Shown here: one piece after another, positions 47,494 through 56,699 of the stretch
Layout of the letters: each line of letters starts with the position of its first letter
How positions within the stretch are numbered: the first letter of the stretch is position 1
Source: Clostridiales bacterium
Lineage (GTDB): Bacteria > Bacillota > Clostridia > Lachnospirales > Lachnospiraceae
Assembly (NCBI GenBank): GCA_020860565.1
Contig: JAJBUA010000028.1
Coordinates: 21,566-85,565 of the forward strand
Direction: 5' to 3'
Length of the DNA: 64,000 bases
Notes under the pieces: generated by a model
The model's database searches: none
What the model saw: the letters and a program-made list of their open reading frames with translations, nothing else
What the model was told of the DNA's origin: nothing
Translations under genes and position numbers: made by a program

Positions 47494-47522
47494 ATCATAA
47501 TTAAATACGCGAACTTTGTCAA
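47494..47522 (-). promoter_or_regulatory. Sigma-A-like promoter facing the permease operon
   Basis: The minus strand reads TTGACA, a 17-nt spacer, then TATGAT. Confidence 0.55.
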
Positions 47523-47605
47523 TAATCTAACTTTTCCTCCGTACCTTCTTCCAACCGAAAAAGTGCAAGTTGCACATCTTTTTTCCTGTTTTTTCGGCAT
47601 TTATG

Positions 47606-47634
47606 TTGAGCTTTGAATGTTTTTATCGTATGAT
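47606..47634 (+). promoter_or_regulatory. Sigma-A-like promoter of the PucR-family gene
   Basis: TTGAGC, a 17-nt spacer, then TATGAT. It lies very close to the RBS, so it is tentative. Confidence 0.4.
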
Positions 47635-47652
47635 AGCAACGAGGTGATCAAA

Positions 47653-49347
47653 ATGGCTTTAACTATTGACTGGCTGCTGAATCAGACTTCTCTGCCCGGG
47701 TTTTCTCTCCTTGTCGGAGAAGGCCCTTTTAAACAAACGATTTCCGGCGTCAATATCATTGACAATCCTAATACCGTTCCCTGGCTCTCCGAAGGCACCC
47801 TTGTTCTGTCTACCGGCTATCTCCTATCTCAATCGGAATTATCCAGGGACATTATCCACCAGCTTCATCAGAAGAACTGTGCCGGCTTCGCAATCAAGAT
47901 GAACCGTTACCTGGACAAACTCTCGCCGGAAATGATTTTTCAGGCTGAACAATTACATTTTCCTGTCATTGGTATCCCTTTTTCCTGTAATCTGGAACAA
48001 GTCACCAACCTGATCTACCGCAGACTTTTTGATGAAGAAATGGACGAAGCAGGAAAACGGATTCTGGCCTACCAGAATATCAGCGATTGCATCTTAAAGG
48101 AAAAATCAATGACCCGGGCGTTGGATATTATCAGCAATATTTTCCAGTGCAGCGTTTATCTGACAACCCCCTCTTATGAGATTATTGATTACTCTCTCCG
48201 GGACGATAATCTGTATCCTTTTCTTTCCGACAGGGATACCTATACCCTCTTTTCTGATACCGATATCCAATATCTGAAAAAGAGCTACATAGATCACCCG
48301 TTTCCATTAAATACACACCAGGTCACTAATGGTTCCAGCACTCAGGACTTTCAGATCCTGTCTATTACAAACCAGGGACAACTGTTGGGATTTCTGATTC
48401 TCGCACATATATCGTTCAGGGATAACTATAGCCTGTATACATTTCTTACAAACCTTCCCTCGATCCTCAGTATTGGAATTTTGAATCAATCGATATATGT
48501 CAAAAACAACAGGCTCTCCAATAAAGAGATTTTTTTCCAGAAGCTTCTCTCCGGAGAACCGGATTCGGTTCAGGAAACAGAAACTTTGTGCATGAGAAAC
48601 CATTTTGATTACAGAACCAGCCGCATATGTATCCTTTTCAGTCTTGGAAATTACGAGCATCTCCCCTTTGTGCGTCAACGCCCTGCCGAACACAGGATTA
48701 TGGAACTTGTAAAACCCCATCTGAAAAAATACTGGGATAATTATCAATACACATTTTATGAGAACCAGCTTATATTATTTTTATTCACCGAAAACCGGTT
48801 ATCTCACACGGACTATATGACCCGCGGCCTGGAAACAGCAGAAAACCTGTCTCAGCTTCTTACCAGTAACGGATTTTCTTCCCGTGCAGGCATCAGTTCG
48901 GACAGCAGCGGAGCCATGACAATCCACACCGCCTATCAGCAGGCCCGGCAGGCGCTTGAAACCGGTCCGAAACTACACCCGGAAAACCATTGCTTTTCCT
49001 ATTTTCAGGATCGCATCTATCATAAACTCATGAATCATTTTACCTATCGTGAGCTCCATGAGATCTATGCGGAATACCTGGAATGCCTAGAACGATACGA
49101 TCTTGAAAATCACACCGAACTTCTGACCGCACTTCAGGCTTACCTTCTTTGCGGCTGTAATGCCTCCAGAACGGCGAAAGAGCTCTTTATTCACCGCAAT
49201 ACCATGTCTTACCGGCTGGAGCAAATCAGAAATCTTCTCGGAATTGATCTGAAAAATCCGGAGGAATGCCTTTCTCTGCAAATCGCGTTTTATGTGCGTA
49301 CACTTCTGAATCAGACGCAACCAAAAGGACCTACCGAATACACTTAA
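47653..49347 (+). CDS. PucR-family transcriptional regulator
   Basis: N-terminal PucR-type domain (LPGFSLLVGEG...VLSTGY). C-terminal PucR HTH (AKELFIHRNTMSYRLEQIRNLLG). Start after GAGGTGA; the track ORF starts at 47617. Confidence 0.85.
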   Translation: MALTIDWLLNQTSLPGFSLLVGEGPFKQTISGVNIIDNPNTVPWLSEGTLVLSTGYLLSQSELSRDIIHQLHQKNCAGFAIKMNRYLDKLSPEMIFQAEQLHFPVIGIPFSCNLEQVTNLIYRRLFDEEMDEAGKRILAYQNISDCILKEKSMTRALDIISNIFQCSVYLTTPSYEIIDYSLRDDNLYPFLSDRDTYTLFSDTDIQYLKKSYIDHPFPLNTHQVTNGSSTQDFQILSITNQGQLLGFLILAHISFRDNYSLYTFLTNLPSILSIGILNQSIYVKNNRLSNKEIFFQKLLSGEPDSVQETETLCMRNHFDYRTSRICILFSLGNYEHLPFVRQRPAEHRIMELVKPHLKKYWDNYQYTFYENQLILFLFTENRLSHTDYMTRGLETAENLSQLLTSNGFSSRAGISSDSSGAMTIHTAYQQARQALETGPKLHPENHCFSYFQDRIYHKLMNHFTYRELHEIYAEYLECLERYDLENHTELLTALQAYLLCGCNASRTAKELFIHRNTMSYRLEQIRNLLGIDLKNPEECLSLQIAFYVRTLLNQTQPKGPTEYT

Positions 49348-49447
49348 AAAAGACAACTTCAGGGCCGTCGGTTTTATCCGGCGACCCTGTTTTTCGATCA
49401 CTCATTTTCCGGAACTTTCTCCGGATTGCTTTTCAAAAGACTGCCCT

Positions 49448-51028
49448 TTAAATATTCAGCAGATCACTGTACTCCTTCAGCGCTCCGTCCGTATCATGCG
49501 CAAGCACACGCTTCGCGAGCAGCTTGCCCAGCTGTACGCCTTCCTGATCGAAGCTGTTGACATTCCAGACAAATCCCTGGAACATCACCTTATTCTCAAA
49601 GTGAGCCAGCAGTGCGCCGACTGTCCGCGGATTGACCTGATCGCCGATGATGATGCTGGAAGGACGCCCGCCTTCGAAGTTTTTATTGCGGTTCTCATCT
49701 TCTTTGCCGCAGGCAAACGCTACGATCTGGGCCGCCACATTCGCGCACAGCTTCTGCTGGCTCGTGCTGCCCTGAATCACAACGTCTGTCTCCATCTGGT
49801 TATTGCGGTATCCGATGAACTGCAGCGGTACAATCGAGGTTCCCTGATGCAGGAGCTGATAGAAAGAATGCTGTCCGTTCGTCCCCGGCTCGCCGAAGAT
49901 CACCGGACCGGTCTCGTAGCTGACTCTCTCGCCAAAACGGTTCACACTCTTGCCGTTGGATTCCATATCCAGCTGCTGTAAATGAGCCGGGAAGCGGCTG
50001 AGTGCCTGCGAATACGGCAGGACTGCGGTACACAGATATCCCAGCACATTGCGCTCATAGACGCCGATCAGCGCGTCCAGCATAGAAGGATTCTCCAGCA
50101 CATTTTTATTCTTGCACAGCTTATCCTCCTCAGCCATACCGTCGAGGAACGCCGCAAATACCTCCGGTCCGAACGCCAGCGACAGCACTGCGCCGCCTAC
50201 CGCGGAGCTTGAGGAATAACGTCCGCCGATATAATCATCCATAAAGAATGCCGCCAGATAATCCGCGCTCTTCGCCAGCGGAGAAGTCTCGCTCGTAACC
50301 GCGATCATGTGCTTCGACGCGTCCAGACCCGCATTCTTCAGAGCGTCCTTGACAAACGACTCATTGGTCAGAGTTTCCAGCGTGGTGCCGGACTTGGATA
50401 CCAGTACGAAAATCGAATGCGCCACATCAATCGAATTCAGAACTGCAGCCGCATCATCCGGATCGACATTGCTGATAAACTTTGCTTCCATCTTAAGTGT
50501 ATCGTGCTTCTTTGCCCAGTTCTCCAGAGCCAGATAGATCGCGCGCGGTCCCAGATCGCTTCCCCCAATCCCGATCTGGACAACGGTTGTAAATTTCTCA
50601 CCCGCCGCGTTGGTAATCTCGCCTGCGTGAACCTTATTGGCAAACTCCGCGATCTTCTGCTGCTGCGTCGTATAGAATGTGCGCTTATCCACGCCGTCCG
50701 CCTCAACCGGCTCGCCCAGCTGTCCGCGCGTCATGTGATGCAGCACGAGACGCTTCTCACCGGTATTAACCATTTCCCCGTTATAAAGAACCTCAAATTT
50801 CTCCGCCAGCTGCGCCTCTTCAGCCAGCTTTACCAGATCCGCCAGAATCCCGTCATCTACCTGCTTCGCGGCATAATTATAAACCAGCCCTTCAGCCATC
50901 GGTACGCTGTACTTCTTTACCCGCTCCGCGCCGCTCTCTCCGGACATCGCCTCCACGAGATTGACACGCTTTGCCTGCTTAAGTTCCTCATAGGACGCAA
51001 GCGTGTCCAGATTATTCCAGTTAACCAT
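49448..51028 (-). CDS. pgi: Glucose-6-phosphate isomerase (long type)
   Basis: IGIGGSDLGP, VSKSGTTLET and the C-terminal NSFDQEGVQLGK motifs. Start at MVNWNNLD after AAGGAGGG; the track ORF extends to 51082. Confidence 0.9.
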   Translation of the reverse strand: MVNWNNLDTLASYEELKQAKRVNLVEAMSGESGAERVKKYSVPMAEGLVYNYAAKQVDDGILADLVKLAEEAQLAEKFEVLYNGEMVNTGEKRLVLHHMTRGQLGEPVEADGVDKRTFYTTQQQKIAEFANKVHAGEITNAAGEKFTTVVQIGIGGSDLGPRAIYLALENWAKKHDTLKMEAKFISNVDPDDAAAVLNSIDVAHSIFVLVSKSGTTLETLTNESFVKDALKNAGLDASKHMIAVTSETSPLAKSADYLAAFFMDDYIGGRYSSSSAVGGAVLSLAFGPEVFAAFLDGMAEEDKLCKNKNVLENPSMLDALIGVYERNVLGYLCTAVLPYSQALSRFPAHLQQLDMESNGKSVNRFGERVSYETGPVIFGEPGTNGQHSFYQLLHQGTSIVPLQFIGYRNNQMETDVVIQGSTSQQKLCANVAAQIVAFACGKEDENRNKNFEGGRPSSIIIGDQVNPRTVGALLAHFENKVMFQGFVWNVNSFDQEGVQLGKLLAKRVLAHDTDGALKEYSDLLNI

Positions 51029-51327
51029 GTTGTAACCCTCCTTGATGGTGTTGATTTGTTGAGATATTTGATCAACGCTCAACTCTCCTGCTCAAATATC
51101 GTCAGATAGTATCATTGTACTATCAAACGGCTTTGAATTCAAGCATTTCGCGAGATTTACTCCTGCTTCCTGTCCCCGGACATCCTGACCGGATGCGATC
51201 CATACAGGGAACCAGACTCCCGGATCGCTCATAACAAAAATGATATACTGCCAACAATTTTTGCATTTTACATTTCTGTCAAATCAGGCTAAAATACTTT
51301 AAGACTATAAAACGGTGAAGCGGTGAT

Positions 51328-51359
51328 ACAGGCGATGAGGTCCAGGTCTCATCGCCTGT
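51328..51359 (-). terminator. Perfect 12-bp hairpin immediately after the LysR gene stop
   Basis: ACAGGCGATGAG, an 8-nt loop, then CTCATCGCCTGT. No adjacent U tract on the minus strand, so terminator function is uncertain. Confidence 0.35.
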
Positions 51360-52223
51360 TTAGATTTTACTGCGAAAAAAGCGAATACAAAAATGTTCAA
51401 ATTCCCTGGCAAGTTCCGTCTGATATACACTGCGATTCGGCTGGATATAAATAAGCCGACGACAATCCATATCCGAGACAGGAATCTGGACGCAGTACAG
51501 ATCCTCATCGCGCAGACTCAGTTTGGGGAAAAGGCAGACGCCCTCATCGATATGAACCAGTGACTCAATGATATTGGTCTTTTCTGAAATCATACGGATA
51601 TCCGGCTCAAAACCGGCCTTACGGCAATAATAGAGCTGAATATCGTACATACTGTTGGATCTGGCTGTAAAAAGGAAATTACAGTCTCTGGCATCAGCCA
51701 GCCTGATGGATGTTTTCTTCGCAAACGGGCTGTCCGGGCTGACAGAAAAATAGAGAGGTTCCTCAGCCAGAGGGATCGCCCCTTCCGGAAGAGCTTTTCC
51801 AATGGTACAGCCAATCATGAAGTGATATTCCCGCGAGAATTCTTTCAGATCGGAACAGATATAAAAAATCGTATCCGGAAAATTCTGTTTAAAGCCGCGA
51901 ATTAATTCCGGGACATGAACTCCTGCCGAAGTGATACAAAGCCGGATGCTGTTATTTTCCATATGGTTCTGCTCGCGGATATATTCTACCGTCTGTTCAT
52001 AATCGGACAGCATCTTATTTACCGTTTCCAGCAACACACGGCCGTTCTCATTCAGGATAATCCGGTTGCCGATCCGGTCAAACAGCGGTGCGCCGATCTC
52101 TTTTTCCAGGGTGTGAATACTGCGGGAGAGGGCCGGCTGAGAAATATTAAGCTGTACCGCTGCTTCGGTGAGATGGCCGAGACGGGCGGTTTTCTGAAAA
52201 GCATACAGGGTTTCCAGATTCAT
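51360..52223 (-). CDS. LysR-family transcriptional regulator
   Basis: HTH segment TARLGHLTEAAVQLNISQPALSRSIHTLEKEIG. Start at MNLETLYAF; the track ORF extends to 52322. Confidence 0.9.
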   Translation of the reverse strand: MNLETLYAFQKTARLGHLTEAAVQLNISQPALSRSIHTLEKEIGAPLFDRIGNRIILNENGRVLLETVNKMLSDYEQTVEYIREQNHMENNSIRLCITSAGVHVPELIRGFKQNFPDTIFYICSDLKEFSREYHFMIGCTIGKALPEGAIPLAEEPLYFSVSPDSPFAKKTSIRLADARDCNFLFTARSNSMYDIQLYYCRKAGFEPDIRMISEKTNIIESLVHIDEGVCLFPKLSLRDEDLYCVQIPVSDMDCRRLIYIQPNRSVYQTELAREFEHFCIRFFRSKI

Positions 52224-52323
52224 TGTGAAATTCTCCTTTTGGGTGACAACAGGGGATTCTGGTATTTCAACACGTTTAACATTATCATAACATGACAGGA
52301 AAGGAAAAGGAAGGGAAAACAAT

Positions 52324-54519
52324 ATGAGAAAAAATCAGAAATACATGGGAACTGTCGAGATGACGCCGACCTGTGATGTAACAGCCGGTGAATTTTCCAC
52401 CTGGACATTCACCTTCACTGCCGGAGAGTACGGAATCGATGATGGCGGTTCGCTTGTACTCGCATGGAAAAGCGTCAGTGACTGGGACTCTCCCCAGTTT
52501 GATGAACCCGGCGAGCCGGGCTATACCACGGTATCCACGACAGGAAGCTGCGTAATTAAGGCACGCTACGCCAAATTTCAACGTTCGTTCGGCAACAGCA
52601 TCTGTATGGATATAACAGGCGGCTACATCAAAAAAGGCGATATCGTCACTATCGTTATGGGAGATCGAAGCCACGGCAGCCTGGGGATGCGGGCCCAGTC
52701 CTTCTGCGAGCGGGAACACGAGTTTCGATTCTTTCTGGACCCCTGCGGAACCTACCGCTATGAAGAAATGCCGCAGCGCCTGAAAATACGGGTGGTGCCC
52801 GGTTATCCGCATGAAATTCAGGCGATTGTACCTGGTTCCGTCCACTGCGGCGAAGAATTCAGCGTTACGGTACGCGCGCTGGACGAATTCGGTAATCCCA
52901 CGGACAAATATAACGGTACCGTAAAGTTAACCCTTCCGCAACTGCCCGGAAGCGGTTTCCCGAAAACCGTGACATTTAAAAAGGAAGATGGCGGCGCGGT
53001 ACGGATCGACGGCTGTCATATGAACGGTGAGGGGTTCTGGCATCTGGAGCTTACCGATGAGGCAAACGGATTCCACGCATACAGCAACGCTTCTCTGGCA
53101 GAGCCAGCATGTGAGAAAACATTATTCTGGGGCGATATGCACGGACAGACCCGGGAAACTGTGGGCACCGGCTATCTGGACGATTATTATACCTTTGCGC
53201 GCGATAAGGCTGCGATCAGCTTTACCGGCTGGCAGGGCAATGATTTTGAAATTTCGGAAGAAACCTGGCAGAACGTGCGGAAAAAGTCAAAAGAATATAC
53301 CGAAGAAGGCAAATTTCTCGCTTTTCTGGGGTATGAATGGTCAGGAACTACTCCTCAGGGCGGCGACCATAATGTGTTTTTCCTCGGAGATACGGAACAT
53401 TATTATCCAAGCAGCAACTGGACTGCGACCGAAGTATCCAACGAATACAACGCAAATCCGGTTTCCGAGCTTCACGAATGGCTAAAAGACCGAAAAGACG
53501 TAATTTTAATTCCTCATATCGGCGGTCGTTACGCGAACCTGGATCATTGGAATCCTGAATTTTCGTCGGTAATTGAGATTCATTCCCATCATGGCACCTT
53601 TGAATGGTTTGCCATGGACGCGATGAAAAAACGGATGAAGGTCGGTTTTATCGCGGCCAGTGACGATCATACCTGCCGCCCCGGCCTTTCCTACGCGCTC
53701 AGCGGTCATGGGAAATCCGCTTCCGGTGCGTTTGATGTACGCAGCGGTTTTACCGGTGTATTTGCAGAGAATCTGACAAAACAGGCAGTCTGGGACGCGA
53801 TCCGCGCCCGGCGCTGTTACGCGTCAACGTTTGACCGGATTTTCCTGAAGCTGGATATCAACGGCATGGAAATGGGACAGGAAGCAGAAGTCGAGGGAAC
53901 TCAGACCTTACATCTTCTGGCGGCTGGCATCAGCCCGATCGAAAGTATTGATGTATTTGACTGGGAAAAGCCCATCATCCATCGGGATCTGCTTGCCAAA
54001 AGTAAAAAGCGGATCCGCGTGCGCTGGAGCGGCGTCGTTTACCGCGGACGCGGAAAATCAGCGAAATGGGATGGTATGCTCTATGTAGATCAGGGGTGTA
54101 TCCGCGGCGCAAAGACCTACGCCTTTGACCGGATCGATCAGGGAATCCTGATCTGCTCTGACCGCTATGTAAAATGGACTTCCTCTACTTCCGGAGACTA
54201 TGACGGACTGATTTTGGATATCGACGGAAACGAAGAAACCATACTGAGATTTTCCAGCCTGCGGGGCGCGGCTGAGGTTCCGTTTACCCGGCTGCTGGCA
54301 GGGGAAACCGTCACACAGGAAATGGGCGGACTGAACCTGAAGGCAGAGTTTGCCCTTGATAATGCCGACATCTGTGAGAAAGATTATCTTGCGTCCTGTC
54401 AGACACAATGCGAGCTGGTATTGCCTGACGCTGTGGGCGAGCATGCCTATTGGGTGAAAGTAACACAGGCAAACGGCAACGCAGCCTGGTCGTCGCCGGT
54501 ATTTCTCACACGCAGATAA
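52324..54519 (+). CDS. Cytoplasmic PHP-like / DUF3604-like metal-dependent hydrolase with long N-terminal extension
   Basis: Motif series FWGDMHGQT, YEWSG, HNVFF, IPHIGGR, IEIHSHHG, AASDDH. There is no signal peptide, and the ~270-aa N-terminal region has no recognised motif. Confidence 0.55.
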   Translation: MRKNQKYMGTVEMTPTCDVTAGEFSTWTFTFTAGEYGIDDGGSLVLAWKSVSDWDSPQFDEPGEPGYTTVSTTGSCVIKARYAKFQRSFGNSICMDITGGYIKKGDIVTIVMGDRSHGSLGMRAQSFCEREHEFRFFLDPCGTYRYEEMPQRLKIRVVPGYPHEIQAIVPGSVHCGEEFSVTVRALDEFGNPTDKYNGTVKLTLPQLPGSGFPKTVTFKKEDGGAVRIDGCHMNGEGFWHLELTDEANGFHAYSNASLAEPACEKTLFWGDMHGQTRETVGTGYLDDYYTFARDKAAISFTGWQGNDFEISEETWQNVRKKSKEYTEEGKFLAFLGYEWSGTTPQGGDHNVFFLGDTEHYYPSSNWTATEVSNEYNANPVSELHEWLKDRKDVILIPHIGGRYANLDHWNPEFSSVIEIHSHHGTFEWFAMDAMKKRMKVGFIAASDDHTCRPGLSYALSGHGKSASGAFDVRSGFTGVFAENLTKQAVWDAIRARRCYASTFDRIFLKLDINGMEMGQEAEVEGTQTLHLLAAGISPIESIDVFDWEKPIIHRDLLAKSKKRIRVRWSGVVYRGRGKSAKWDGMLYVDQGCIRGAKTYAFDRIDQGILICSDRYVKWTSSTSGDYDGLILDIDGNEETILRFSSLRGAAEVPFTRLLAGETVTQEMGGLNLKAEFALDNADICEKDYLASCQTQCELVLPDAVGEHAYWVKVTQANGNAAWSSPVFLTRR

Positions 54520-54568
54520 AAAGTTCTGATACACGGATCACAAAAGAGGAGTCAGGGAGGGAATCTAT

Positions 54569-55954
54569 ATGTTAATTGTAATTATTCCGATCTTATTTTT
54601 AATGCTTGTAAGCGCGGTAAAAAGGATCCCGGTCATCGGAGGAAATCTTGTCGCAGCGTTTGTCGGCTCCGGTATTTTAGCCATGCTCTTAGGCGGCGTA
54701 TATCAACCGGCTGTCTGGGGAAGCGCATGGCTGAAAGGTCTGGATCAGGTGGCTTATATTATATTCATCGTGATCTTTGGCTCTGTTTTCTCGGCGCTGC
54801 AGGTTAAATCCGGCGCGATGGATACCGTATTGAATACGCTGCGCGCAATATTCGGACACACCCCGCAGGGTCTGGTGCTGGCAATCCTGATTGCCATGTA
54901 TCTGGGCGGTTCTCTGGTTGGCACAGTAGCGGCGGTCGGTGCAGTAATCGGTCTTCTGGTTGTCCCCGCTCTGGACGATATGGGACTGGATCCGGATCTG
55001 ATCTGTGCTATTATTGTAACCGGCGGATCGCTCGGCGCTATCATGCCTCTTATCTCAAACGCAGTCAATGTGGCCTGTTCGATTATGGATATCCCAACGG
55101 ATCAGGTACTTCAGATCAGCTACGTGACGGTCGCGATCGCGATCGTGCTGGTCAGTACCTTCGTGTGTAAGGTTTATATCGGAAAGAAGTACCAGATGCC
55201 TCAGCATCTCATTCCCAAAGAGAGTCCGTTTACTATCCTGAAGCGGGAATGGTCACGGTTGATTCCGCTCCTGATCCTGATTCTGTTAGTCGCCCTCAAC
55301 AGCATACCGGCGATCAAATTCGACGTGACCGGCAGCCTGCTCAAAGCGATCCCGGCAGGCGATACCAATTTATATGCCATGATAAACACGGTACCGGTTT
55401 TCGGAAAAATCACAAACAATATCGTTTTATCGCTGATTGTGGCAATTATTGCCGCTTTTCTCTGCTCGAAAGAATTGCGCACAGATTCCGGAACTCTGAT
55501 AAAAAACTCGCTCTACAATATCCGGGCCAGTGTCATCATTCAGATTTTTGCCGGATTCTTCCTGGGTGCTTTCCGCGCGGGCGGACAGATGGAGGCGATT
55601 GCCGCCTGGGCGTCCGGTCTGAGCGCTCTTGCGCTGAAATTTGGCGGCTCAATCTCTCTTTTGCTGGGCGGTATGCTGATGGGCGCACAGAGTACGACAC
55701 AGACAACCCTGCTGCCGATTCTGGGATCGGCATGGACGGCGATTGGCGTCAGCGATATCCATGCGGCAGTTGCCAGCGCACATCTGGCCGCCGCCGGACA
55801 GGGACTTCCGCCTGCGGATTTGAACACATTCGTAATCGCCGGGCTGGTGTCTTCCCTGCTGCACAAAAAAGTAAACCCGATGCGCTCCATGCTGCTGACC
55901 GTGCCTTATTGTATGGTGCTGGCAGGATTGGGGCTGATCTTCCTCTTCATTTAA
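54569..55954 (+). CDS. Polytopic permease, family unresolved (DctM/GntP/ion-transporter-superfamily-like)
   Basis: 461 aa, at least 10 hydrophobic segments, Gly/Ala-rich helices. Lies 49 nt after the PHP-like gene. Confidence 0.6.
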   Translation: MLIVIIPILFLMLVSAVKRIPVIGGNLVAAFVGSGILAMLLGGVYQPAVWGSAWLKGLDQVAYIIFIVIFGSVFSALQVKSGAMDTVLNTLRAIFGHTPQGLVLAILIAMYLGGSLVGTVAAVGAVIGLLVVPALDDMGLDPDLICAIIVTGGSLGAIMPLISNAVNVACSIMDIPTDQVLQISYVTVAIAIVLVSTFVCKVYIGKKYQMPQHLIPKESPFTILKREWSRLIPLLILILLVALNSIPAIKFDVTGSLLKAIPAGDTNLYAMINTVPVFGKITNNIVLSLIVAIIAAFLCSKELRTDSGTLIKNSLYNIRASVIIQIFAGFFLGAFRAGGQMEAIAAWASGLSALALKFGGSISLLLGGMLMGAQSTTQTTLLPILGSAWTAIGVSDIHAAVASAHLAAAGQGLPPADLNTFVIAGLVSSLLHKKVNPMRSMLLTVPYCMVLAGLGLIFLFI

Positions 55955-56095
55955 ATCAGAAGATGCTGTCATAGATCAAACGATTAAAATACCGTATCTG
56001 ATTTACGCTTGTATCATTCATTCGAATCATGATATACTGATCTGCGAAGCAACAACTTTCACCGATATACAAAAGTCTTTTAAGGGAGATCTCAT

Positions 56096-56608
56096 ATGGA
56101 TATACAGACAGCAAGATTAATGACAGCAATGATTCACTATGACTGCGGAGACGCGCGGCGCATCCAACATTTCGTAAAAGTTCACGACCTGGCAGCGACC
56201 ATCGGCGTGCTGGAAGGGCTCGATGAGCAGACGCAGCGGATTCTGGAGGCCGCCGCTATCCTGCACGATATCGGAATCCACATCAGTGAAAAGAAATACG
56301 GATCGGGTTCGGGACGCTATCAGGAGATCGAGGGTCCAGCCGAAGCAGAGAAAGTTCTTCGCGCTCTTGGCGGATATTCCGATGAGGAAATCAACCGCAT
56401 CCAGTATCTGATCGGACATCACCATACCTATACCCGAATTGAGGGAATGGACTATCAGATCCTGGTGGAAGCAGATTTTCTTGTTAATCTTTATGAGGAT
56501 TCTTCTCCCCGCAGCGCGATCCTGGCCGCTCGAGATCGGATCTTCCGCACGAGTACGGGGCTGCGGATTCTGGATGATATGTTTGCCACATCAGAAGAAG
56601 ACTCGTAA
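56096..56608 (+). CDS. HD-domain phosphohydrolase
   Basis: AAAILHDIG (H..HD context) and LIGHHHTY motifs; 170 aa. Confidence 0.8.
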   Translation: MDIQTARLMTAMIHYDCGDARRIQHFVKVHDLAATIGVLEGLDEQTQRILEAAAILHDIGIHISEKKYGSGSGRYQEIEGPAEAEKVLRALGGYSDEEINRIQYLIGHHHTYTRIEGMDYQILVEADFLVNLYEDSSPRSAILAARDRIFRTSTGLRILDDMFATSEEDS

Positions 56609-56636
56609 ACAACGATACGAGATATTGCACTCAAAT

Positions 56637-56670
56637 AAGGGAAGTCACGAGTGGGCTTCCCTTTATTTTT
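56637..56670 (+). terminator. Intrinsic terminator between convergent HD and GH32 genes
   Basis: AAGGGAAG, an 11-nt loop, then CTTCCCTT, followed by TATTTTT. Confidence 0.7.
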
Positions 56671-56699
56671 ATAAATTTATTTAGTAAAACCTTATCGCC

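Noticed and set aside
55249-55974. 241-aa plus-strand ORF and several minus-strand ORFs inside the permease gene.
   Set aside because: They are alternate frames of a GC-rich membrane-protein gene. Their Arg/Gly/Pro-rich translations lack hydrophobic periodicity, while the 461-aa frame shows regular TM segments.
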